64,000 nt of DNA from an uncultured Acidobacteriota bacterium (GTDB taxonomy: Bacteria > Actinomycetota > Acidimicrobiia > Spongiisociales > ZC4RG35): contig CAWHEU010000004.1 in assembly GCA_963828465.1 (NCBI GenBank), positions 32,001 to 96,000 on the forward strand. Direction: 5' to 3'. How positions within the stretch are numbered: position 1 is the first letter of the stretch; every line of letters begins with the position of its first letter. Shown here one piece after another: positions 1-7,108 of the stretch. The position numbers were made by a program, and so were the translations under genes. The notes under the pieces were generated by a model. That model saw only the letters and a list, made by a program, of their open reading frames with translations. It was not told the origin of the DNA and ran no database searches.

Positions 1-951
1 AGGCTCGAGGTCCGAGATGAGGGGCTCCAGGGAATGCCAGATGTCGGCCAGATCGAACTGCTCGTCGTCGCTGCCCAAGACCCGGATCAGACTGGTCTCT
101 TCGTCCTCCGAGAAAGGAGCGTCGACCGACTTGGCGTTGTAGGCGAGAGCCGCCTCCATGGCGTCCTCGACCTCCTCGATGGGACGGCCGAGCTCCTCGG
201 CCATCTCGGCCGGGAGTGGTGCCCGCCCCAGCTTCTGGGACAATTCGGCCACGGCACGGTTGAGCTCCACCGTGGTGTCGCTCAGGGATCGGGGAACCCG
301 GACCGACCAGGTGGTGTCACGGAGATATCTCTTCAGGGTCCCAATGATGGTCTTCCGGGCATACGTGGTGAACTTGACCCCGAAGTCCGGGTCGAAGCGG
401 TCGATGGCATTGACCAGGGCGATCGAGGCGGCTTGTCCCACGTCATCAGCGTGCGCGCCTCCCCTGCGATACCGGTTGGCGACCGATGCCGCCCAGCCTT
501 CATATCTGGAGAAGATCTCGTCACGAGCGTCCCGGTCGGCAGGAACCAGCTCGAACAACTCTTCGTCTGAAAGGTGCGACAGCGTCTGACGGCGCACCAG
601 CTCGAGGTCGAACCAGACCTCGCTTCCTCGATGACCCCAACCGTCGGACAATCGGTCGAGCAGCTTGGTCACTATCTCGTCGGTTGGCGCATCGGCTGAC
701 GCGCTGCTGGAGGCGGTGACTCGGGCACTACGACCGATCTCCTCCACCCGCACCGATAGGGTGACATTCGGCTCGTACATGAGAGTGACGACCTCGCTCA
801 CCAGCAGCGCCGCATCAACCGACCTGCTGGCAGGGGCATCGGTGATGATGGCTCGTACGACTCTGCGAGCGATGAATGGGGCGCGTGGCCCTTCGGGTAG
901 CTGAATCTCCGCAACCAGGGTCGCTTTCGAATCTCCGGTCGTGGTCACCAT
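1..951 (-). CDS. SigB/SigF/SigG-family RNA polymerase sigma factor with N-terminal degenerate HATPase_c_2 (anti-sigma-like) domain; 3' end lies outside the window
   Basis: Manual translation from ATG at 951, open to base 1 (not in ORF track). Region-2/3 motifs ALVNAIDRFDPDFGVKFTTYARKTIIGTLKRYLRDTTWSVRVPRSL...LSQKLGRAPLPAEMAEELG. The first ~118 aa resemble an RsbW-type fold. Confidence 0.9.
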   Translation of the reverse strand, partial: MVTTTGDSKATLVAEIQLPEGPRAPFIARRVVRAIITDAPASRSVDAALLVSEVVTLMYEPNVTLSVRVEEIGRSARVTASSSASADAPTDEIVTKLLDRLSDGWGHRGSEVWFDLELVRRQTLSHLSDEELFELVPADRDARDEIFSRYEGWAASVANRYRRGGAHADDVGQAASIALVNAIDRFDPDFGVKFTTYARKTIIGTLKRYLRDTTWSVRVPRSLSDTTVELNRAVAELSQKLGRAPLPAEMAEELGRPIEEVEDAMEAALAYNAKSVDAPFSEDEETSLIRVLGSDDEQFDLADIWHSLEPLISDLEP

Positions 952-982
952 CGGCTGTGCCCTTTACCCGCCCGCAAGGCCA

Positions 983-1305
983 CTATTCGATCGAATCGCT
1001 GATGGAAAACGCTTCGCTGACACCGGTGAGCTCGAGTAGGCGCCCAACGGCGCCGTTGCCGACGACCAGCCTCAGATCTCCCCCGACTCCTGGATCCGGG
1101 AACGTTGATGTAGCAGCACTTTCAGCCCTGCCGAATCCATGAACTCCACGCGACGCAAGTCGAGCACGACTGGCAGGCCGACGAAGGGCTCTAGGGCGAT
1201 CTCAACGCGCGAAGCCGAGGCGAGATCGATCTCTCCTGTCGCTACCACGACATCGAGTTCGCCGATGCGCGTCGTCTCGAGAACAAGCTGCGGGCCTAGC
1301 CCCAT
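983..1305 (-). CDS. STAS-domain anti-sigma factor antagonist (RsbV/SpoIIAA-like), apparent 1-bp deletion near 1080
   Basis: Motifs GEIDLASA and VLDLRRVEFMDSAGL (phosphorylatable Ser). Adding one G to the G-run at 1080-1084 restores GGDLRLVVGNGAVGRLLELTGVSEAF to TAG at 983. Confidence 0.85.
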
Positions 1306-1359
1306 CGCCGTATACCTTTCTCGATCCAGCGTCGTACCCAAAATCGCTTTGAAGCCCGG

Positions 1360-1764
1360 TCATCTAGAGCCGACCTCAAACCACGCGGTCACCTCGACAC
1401 CATCGGAATCGACGCCCCAGACATCGGCGATCTTATCGACGATCGCCAGACCCCGGCTCGCCCCCGGCTCCTGGGAGGAGGGTGGCAACTCATCCACCTC
1501 GAAGAGTACCCCGGCGTGTCCGACCGTGAACCGGGTCAGGGCCCCATCCGGCCCAACGGTGACTGTGAGGCCGTCGTCGGGCTCGAGCCCACCATGCATG
1601 ACGGCGTTGTTGACGAGTTCGGTTATGGCGAGCAGGACATCGTCGAGGCGGGGATGGCCGTCGATCCAGTCGACGACAGCATGGCGCACAGCAGCGCCGG
1701 CCGTAGGTCGCGCCTCGACGGTCAACTGGCTCACAGCGTGATCCACCTCATGTGATTCGATCAT
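1360..1764 (-). CDS. RsbW-like anti-sigma factor / ATP-binding protein (HATPase_c_2)
   Basis: Motifs LAITELVNNAVMHG and SRGLAIVDKIADVWGV...AWFEV. ATG at 1764 overlaps the upstream stop (ATGA). Confidence 0.85.
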   Translation of the reverse strand: MIESHEVDHAVSQLTVEARPTAGAAVRHAVVDWIDGHPRLDDVLLAITELVNNAVMHGGLEPDDGLTVTVGPDGALTRFTVGHAGVLFEVDELPPSSQEPGASRGLAIVDKIADVWGVDSDGVEVTAWFEVGSR

Positions 1765-2009
1765 CGCCGCAAGGCGTGGATCAACTCTCTCTTGGTCATC
1801 CCCGATCGCCCATCGACTCCCACTTCTTTCGCCTTGTCGTAGAGCTGGTCCTTGGTCCAATCCTCGTAAGAGCCGGGTCCGCCCTTTTCCTCGATCTCCC
1901 GGGGAGGCGTGTTCGCGATCCGGGCGGCCTTCTCTTTGCTCATCCCCTCCCCGCGCAGAGCCTCATACCTGTCGTCGTCATGAATCGTGGGCCCATGGTC
2001 CTTGCCCAT
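1761..2009 (-). CDS. Small stress protein with Rho-termination-factor N-terminal-like domain
   Basis: Sequence GPTIHDDDRYEALRGEGMSKEKAARIAN...YEDWTKDQLYDKAKEVGVDGRSGMTKRELIHAL; RBS AGGTGA before ATG 2009. Confidence 0.75.
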   Translation of the reverse strand: MGKDHGPTIHDDDRYEALRGEGMSKEKAARIANTPPREIEEKGGPGSYEDWTKDQLYDKAKEVGVDGRSGMTKRELIHALRR

Positions 2010-2049
2010 TGACGTCACCTGCCTCGTATCGTCATGTTTCATCGTTCCC

Positions 2050-2076
2050 ATACCCCGGGAACGTGCCAGCTACACC
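2050..2076 (-). promoter_or_regulatory. Putative SigB/SigF-type promoter GGTGT-N16-GGGTAT
   Basis: Matches the actinobacterial SigF/SigB-type GGWTT-N16/17-GGGTAY consensus. Overlaps a possible divergent GTTT-N17-GGGAAC (2036-2062, + strand). Confidence 0.5.
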
Positions 2077-2099
2077 GAGATACGGCCTAGGAGTCAACG

Positions 2100-2558
2100 A
2101 TGGACAGGACCGAGAACGACGTAGACGATCAGTTCAGATCGTTGATGGAGGGTCTCAGGACCACATTGCCCGGAGTCCAGGTTCTCTTCGCGTTCCTTCT
2201 GGTGCTTCCACTGCAAGCGTCCTTCGCGGAGATCACCGACCTGGAGCGGATCGCCTACTACGTGTCCTTCTTCGGGTCGGCGATGGCGTCGGTCCTGCTC
2301 ATCGCCCCCAGCGCCCATCAGCGACTCCGCGCTCCGGTATCCGGTGTCGAGCGTCGCTCAGAGAGGCACCTGCAGATCGCGGTCAGCCTGACCATCGCCG
2401 GAACCATCATCTTTGCCGTCGCCCTGTCGGCGGCGGTCTTGCTCATTTCCACACTCACGCTTACGGACAGCGTCGCCGTCGGCGCGACCATGGCCGTCGC
2501 CGCCGTTTTGGCGTGGTCGTGGTTCTACATCCCGTTGGTGAGCTTCCGCCGCCATTGA
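2100..2558 (+). CDS. DUF6328-like membrane protein
   Basis: Motif LMEGLRTTLPGVQVLFAFLLVLPLQ...LLIAPSAHQRL; four hydrophobic segments; RBS AGGAG. Confidence 0.75.
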   Translation: MDRTENDVDDQFRSLMEGLRTTLPGVQVLFAFLLVLPLQASFAEITDLERIAYYVSFFGSAMASVLLIAPSAHQRLRAPVSGVERRSERHLQIAVSLTIAGTIIFAVALSAAVLLISTLTLTDSVAVGATMAVAAVLAWSWFYIPLVSFRRH

Positions 2559-2560
2559 CC

Positions 2561-2588
2561 GGTTTTGCGGCGGTTCGATCTCGGGTAA
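2561..2588 (+). promoter_or_regulatory. Putative SigF/SigB-type promoter GGTTT-N17-GGGTAA
   Basis: Near-consensus match 46 nt upstream of the ATG at 2635. Confidence 0.6.
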
Positions 2589-2634
2589 GTAGACCTTCTG
2601 GTAAGCGACCAGCAGTTCCGATTGGAGGTGGAAC

Positions 2635-3243
2635 ATGACCCATCAGGCACACACTGTCCGGGAATATTCGACCGAGACCAGGCCCGATATCGAGCCCGAG
2701 GCTGCGATCGTGCGCGAGCGCTACGGGAAGGCCGACTTGGTGGCTTCCGTTCTCGGGATGCTCGCCGCCATTGGGACCCTGGTTTTCCTGACGGCTCTCT
2801 TTGCAGCGGGCGCTGCCAACGTTGAGCCACAAATCAACCTGCTGAACCAGGATGGGACTCTCAGTGAGGTCGAGACCGTGGGCGCCATCGCCGCGGGAGT
2901 CGTCCTGTTCGTCTCGTTCCTCGTGGGAGGCATCGCCGCCGGGCGCATGTCACGCTACGACGGGGGAATCAACGGGATGGGAACTGCCCTTTGGTTCCTT
3001 CTTTTGGTGACGGTCTTCGCCGCACTCGGTGCCTGGGTTGGTGAGGAGTACAACGCCTTCGCGTTGGCCGGGCTGCCCAACTGGGCGGCACAGGTCGACG
3101 TGGAAGAGATCACGACGGCGGCGATCATCGCGTCGGCGGTCGCAGTGGTGGTTACCTTGCTCGGCGGGTATCTCGGCGGGCGCATCGGTGACTCCTACAA
3201 CCGCAAAGTCGATGCGGCGCTGGTCGACGAAGCGAGACGGTGA
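2635..3243 (+). CDS. Hypothetical integral membrane protein
   Basis: Strong RBS GGAGGTG; four TM segments; Gly-rich motifs GGIAAGRMSRYDG and LLGGYLGGRIG. Confidence 0.75.
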   Translation: MTHQAHTVREYSTETRPDIEPEAAIVRERYGKADLVASVLGMLAAIGTLVFLTALFAAGAANVEPQINLLNQDGTLSEVETVGAIAAGVVLFVSFLVGGIAAGRMSRYDGGINGMGTALWFLLLVTVFAALGAWVGEEYNAFALAGLPNWAAQVDVEEITTAAIIASAVAVVVTLLGGYLGGRIGDSYNRKVDAALVDEARR

Positions 3244-3286
3244 CCAGCCCCGCCCACCGAAAATCAATCAACCCAGGAGGTGAGTC

Positions 3287-3346
3287 ATGTATATCAGCAT
3301 CGGAGGCCTGATCCTGCTGATCCTCATCCTCATATTGATCTTCTAA
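3287..3346 (+). CDS. 19-aa hydrophobic small protein MYISIGGLILLILILILIF
   Basis: Strong RBS AGGAGGTGA, ATG at 3287, TAA at 3344, followed by a hairpin. Below the ORF-track cutoff. Confidence 0.7.
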   Translation: MYISIGGLILLILILILIF

Positions 3347-3367
3347 TCAGGTACTGAGTTTCTTCGA

Positions 3368-3397
3368 AGAGAGAGCCGGCTGGAGCCGGTTCTCTCT
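3368..3397. terminator. Intrinsic terminator-like hairpin between convergent genes
   Basis: 13-bp stem AGAGAGAGCCGGC-TGGA-GCCGGTTCTCTCT with one G-U pair. Confidence 0.7.
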
Positions 3398-3416
3398 CAC
3401 TTTCAGATCTGGGATC

Positions 3417-3845
3417 TCAGGACATGGAGGCGTCGAGGGATATCGGCACACCCCTGGTCAGCGCCTGCGAAACGGGGCAGTTCTCCTTGGCGTCCTCCGC
3501 CAGACTCATGAAATCCGCTTCGCTCACGCCGTCGGCTGAGCCCTTGACCGACAGGACGATCCCGGTGATGCCCTCGCCGGGCACAAATGTGGCGGTGGCC
3601 TCGGTGTCGAGGACGATCGACGCGCCTCCGGCTTTGCCCAAACGAGCAGAGAAAGCCATCGAAAAACAAGCGGCATGAGCGGCGGCGATCAGCTCTTCGG
3701 GGCTGGTCATGCCGGCATGCTCCTCGCTCCGGGCATCCCAGGTCACCTGCATCGGGCCAACGGCGCCGGTGTCGAGGGTCGCAGTTCCGGATCCGCTGGT
3801 GAGATCGCCCTCCCAATGGGCGCGACCGGTGCTGTCCACGGCCAT
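3417..3845 (-). CDS. osmC: OsmC family peroxiredoxin
   Basis: Motifs AHWEGDLTSGSG, TSPEELIAAAHAACFSMA and AKENCPVSQAL. Confidence 0.92.
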   Translation of the reverse strand: MAVDSTGRAHWEGDLTSGSGTATLDTGAVGPMQVTWDARSEEHAGMTSPEELIAAAHAACFSMAFSARLGKAGGASIVLDTEATATFVPGEGITGIVLSVKGSADGVSEADFMSLAEDAKENCPVSQALTRGVPISLDASMS

Positions 3846-3926
3846 GTGCTGTCCTTTCGGTCGGGGCGCGGGAGCCTACCTCTCCAACCAATCCCGATCG
3901 TCCTCGTGCCGATACCATCGAAGACC

Positions 3927-5753
3927 GTGCCCACCCACTCGGTCCGTAATGTCGCGCTCGTCGCCCACGTCGACCACGGCAAGACGACCCTCGTCGACTC
4001 CATGCTGTCTGCGGCCGGCGTGTTCGCTGCCCATCAGGAGAGGGTGGAGCGGGTGATGGACTCGACCGACCAGGAACGGGAACGTGGAATCACCATTCTG
4101 GCAAAGGCAGCCTCGATCCAGTGGCGCGACACGAAGATCAACCTGGTCGACACCCCGGGTCACGCAGACTTCGGTGGCGAGGTGGAGCGAGCGTTGGCCA
4201 TGGTCGACGGGATCCTCCTGCTGGTCGATGCCGCCGACGGGCCCATGCCGCAGACCCGATATGTGCTGAGCAAAGCCCTGGAGCGCCATCTACCGGCGGT
4301 GGTGGTGATCAACAAGGTCGACCGGGCCGACGCCCGGCCTGACGAAGTCGCCGACGAGGTCTACGAGCTCTTCTTCGACCTCGATGCCAAGGATCACCAC
4401 ATTGACTTCCCGATCGTCTCCACGGTGGCCCGCATGGGCCGCGCTGTCACCGGGATCGGCATCCCGGACGAAGATGCGGACCTGACCGCTCTGCTCGACG
4501 CGATCGTGGACACCATTCCGGCACCGTCGGGAAACCCGGAGGCACCGATCCAGGCTCTGGTCACGAATCTCGACGCATCGGATTACCTCGGCCGCCTTGC
4601 CATCGGCCGAGTCTTCGAAGGGACGCTGCGGCAGGGAAGCACCATCGCTCTCTGCCACGGGAACGAGGAAGAGCCCCCGATCAAACGCAGGCTGACCCAC
4701 CTGATGGGGTTCTCCGGGTTGGGCCGAGCCGAGATCGAGGATGTGAAGGCAGGCGATCTCTTCGTCGTCGCCGGCTTCCCCGAAGTCGAGATCGGCGACA
4801 CCTTCGCGGACCCGGCCAACCCTGAGCCCCTCCCCCGGCTCATCGTCGACGAGCCGGTGCTCAAGATGACGTTCGGGGTGAACACCTCGCCACTGTCGGG
4901 CCAGGATGGGAAGTTCTTGACCTCCAGGCAGATCCAGGACCGTCTCAAGCGAGAGATACTGGGGAACGTCTCGATCCGGCTCGGCGCCACCTCGTCACCC
5001 GAGGTGGTCGAGGTAGCGGGTAGGGGCGAGCTCCAACTCGCCGTGCTCATCGAATCCATGCGCCGGGAGGGCTTCGAGCTCCAGGTGAGCCGGCCTGAGG
5101 TCGTGATAAGGGTGATCGACGATCAGCCAAACGAGCCCGTGGAGCGAGCGGTGGTCGATGTTCCCGACGAGTACGTGGGGGCGGTAACCCAGGCGGCCGC
5201 ACCGAGGAAGGGCATGATCGTCGAGCTCTCCCCCGGCGACCCGGGCCGATCCATAGTCACCATCGTCGCCCCGGCCCGGGGTCTCCTCGGGTTCCGCTCG
5301 CTGCTCATGACCACCACCAGAGGCACGGCGCTCATCCATCAACACCACGACGGGTGGATGCCATGGGTGGGTGAGCTGCCCCACCGGATCGGCGGAGCCA
5401 TGATTTCGGACCGTGCCGGGACCAGTACCGCCTTCGCCCTCGACAACCTGCAGAAGAGAGGAGACCTCTTCATCGGTGCCGGCGAGGTGGTCTACGAAGG
5501 CATGATCATCGGGGAAGCATCCCGCCCCGACGAGATGGTGGTCAACGCGGCACGGCCCAAGCAACTGACCAACATCCGGACCCACGCCTCCGACGAGGCG
5601 ATCAATCTCAGGCCTCCCCGGGAATTGACGCTCGAGACGGCGATCGAGTGGATCGCCGACGATGAGCTCGTCGAGGTGACCCCGACCGCGATCCGGGCAC
5701 GCAAGCGCTACCTGAGTGATGCCGAGCGTCGCCGATACGGCAAGAAGAGCTGA
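3927..5753 (+). CDS. typA: Translational GTPase TypA/BipA
   Basis: Motifs [47 protein letters not shown] and the BipA C-terminus [12 protein letters not shown] start at 3927 inferred. Confidence 0.96.
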   Translation: MPTHSVRNVALVAHVDHGKTTLVDSMLSAAGVFAAHQERVERVMDSTDQERERGITILAKAASIQWRDTKINLVDTPGHADFGGEVERALAMVDGILLLVDAADGPMPQTRYVLSKALERHLPAVVVINKVDRADARPDEVADEVYELFFDLDAKDHHIDFPIVSTVARMGRAVTGIGIPDEDADLTALLDAIVDTIPAPSGNPEAPIQALVTNLDASDYLGRLAIGRVFEGTLRQGSTIALCHGNEEEPPIKRRLTHLMGFSGLGRAEIEDVKAGDLFVVAGFPEVEIGDTFADPANPEPLPRLIVDEPVLKMTFGVNTSPLSGQDGKFLTSRQIQDRLKREILGNVSIRLGATSSPEVVEVAGRGELQLAVLIESMRREGFELQVSRPEVVIRVIDDQPNEPVERAVVDVPDEYVGAVTQAAAPRKGMIVELSPGDPGRSIVTIVAPARGLLGFRSLLMTTTRGTALIHQHHDGWMPWVGELPHRIGGAMISDRAGTSTAFALDNLQKRGDLFIGAGEVVYEGMIIGEASRPDEMVVNAARPKQLTNIRTHASDEAINLRPPRELTLETAIEWIADDELVEVTPTAIRARKRYLSDAERRRYGKKS

Positions 5754-5774
5754 GCCCAAGGAAGAGCTGAGCTG

Positions 5775-5966
5775 TCAGGCCGCCAGCCCGAGATGCACAC
5801 TGACTCGGACATCGGATCCCGAACCGGTCAGCATCTCGGCAGGCTGCCCACATGCACAGCGGTAGCGCACCACCATGCCGGCTTCGGTGTTGACGATGCC
5901 TTGCAGGTCCGAGGCCCAGATCAGGGCCTCCTGACCGATGATGTCACACTGGGCGAGGAACACCAC
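5775..5966 (-). CDS. Small hypothetical protein with CxC motif
   Basis: RBS AAGGAGG before GTG; contains YRCACG; overlaps the upstream small ORF. Confidence 0.6.
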   Translation of the reverse strand: MVFLAQCDIIGQEALIWASDLQGIVNTEAGMVVRYRCACGQPAEMLTGSGSDVRVSVHLGLAA

Positions 5967-6120
5967 GAACCTCCTTGCTCAAGGTGAGCCGGTAGGAGCC
6001 CAGCTTCAGACTGCGAGGCTTCATGACGGTCTTCGCCCGTCGGTATGCGTTCGCTTCCTCGCGCCTATCGTCGAGGATTCGTTGCGCCACTATGTATGCG
6101 ATGGCGGGATGCCCAATCAT
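5944..6120 (-). CDS. 58-aa basic small protein (not in ORF track)
   Basis: AGGAGG RBS, ATG 6120, TGA 5944: MIGHPAIAYIVAQRILDDRREEANAYRRAKTVMKPRSLKLGSYRLTLSKEVRGVPRPV. Confidence 0.6.
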   Translation of the reverse strand: MIGHPAIAYIVAQRILDDRREEANAYRRAKTVMKPRSLKLGSYRLTLSKEVRGVPRPV

Positions 6121-6135
6121 CTTGGGAACCTCCTC

Positions 6136-6164
6136 TTGACGTAATAACCGTTCATCCGTACACT
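6136..6164 (+). promoter_or_regulatory. Housekeeping sigma promoter TTGACG-N17-TACACT
   Basis: Near-consensus -35/-10 with a 17-nt spacer upstream of ATG 6198. Confidence 0.6.
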
Positions 6165-6197
6165 TGTTACCATATTGGACGGGGTGTAATAAGTCAA

Positions 6198-6746
6198 ATG
6201 AATTTCTCTCATTACTCGGATCAAACCGTGGAACTCGCCGTGGACCTCGTCAACACCGATGAGCTGACCGGTGACGAGATCGGCACCCTGGACGAGTTGG
6301 TCACTTTCCTGACCAGTTACGAGTCACTTCTCCCGACCGATGAGCAGCCGGTCACCGAGAAGGACCTGAGGAAGCTTCACAGACTGCGTGACGAATTGCG
6401 GGCGATTTTCATCGCCCCGGACGTCGGCACAGCCGTCTCCCATCTCAACGAGGTGCTCGCGAAGAACAGCGCCACCCCCCGTGTCTCGATGCACGACGGT
6501 GAGCCACATCTCCACTACGAGCCGGTAGACGCCCCGATCGCATCCAGAGTCGGGGCGATCGCGGCGATGGGTCTCGCCGGCGTGATCGTCGAGCACGGGA
6601 TCAGCCGTTTTGGGACCTGCAGCGCCAGCAACTGTCGCGACGTGTTCGTCGACACCACCCGTAATCGGTCGCGCGTCCACTGCTGCCACAACTGTTCCAC
6701 CCGAGAGGCCGTGGCGGCCTACCGGAAGCGTCAAGCGACCCTCTGA
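6198..6746 (+). CDS. ABATE/CGNR zinc-finger domain protein (putative regulator)
   Basis: N-terminal LAVDLVNT; C-terminal CSASNCRDVFVDTTRNRSRVHCCHNCSTREAVAAYRKR. Confidence 0.88.
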   Translation: MNFSHYSDQTVELAVDLVNTDELTGDEIGTLDELVTFLTSYESLLPTDEQPVTEKDLRKLHRLRDELRAIFIAPDVGTAVSHLNEVLAKNSATPRVSMHDGEPHLHYEPVDAPIASRVGAIAAMGLAGVIVEHGISRFGTCSASNCRDVFVDTTRNRSRVHCCHNCSTREAVAAYRKRQATL

Positions 6747-6793
6747 CCACACTCCCATTCCAACAACTCCGGGCTCAGCCCTAGATTGCGCGG

Positions 6794-7105
6794 ATGGCGA
6801 CCGCCATCACGCCACGAGCAAGCCGCCCGATCTGGTGGTGGCTCCACGACATCGCGGTCGGCCTGCTCTTTGGTTTCGGAGTGGGAACCGTGGCCGGGCT
6901 ATTCCTGAATCGGTTGGTGGAGAACAACGTCGTGGTGCTGGTCTGCGCCATCCTCGGCGCCGCCGCCGGGATCTACGTCCTGATTCAGAATCATCGGGAA
7001 TCCCGGCGGTTCCTCAGCGGGATCGTCGTGGTCAGCTGGCTCCTGCTGATCCTCTCCGCCGGGTTCCTCGGTCTGTTCATCTGGGCGATTCTCAACTTCG
7101 AGTAG
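6794..7105 (+). CDS. Hypothetical membrane protein
   Basis: Three hydrophobic segments; fills the gap between neighbouring genes. Confidence 0.65.
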   Translation: MATAITPRASRPIWWWLHDIAVGLLFGFGVGTVAGLFLNRLVENNVVVLVCAILGAAAGIYVLIQNHRESRRFLSGIVVVSWLLLILSAGFLGLFIWAILNFE

Positions 7106-7108
7106 AGC

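Noticed and set aside
5744-5772. 12-bp direct repeat GAAGAGCTGAGC at the typA 3' end
   Set aside because: The copies are only 17 bp apart with no element between them; likely a local slippage duplication.
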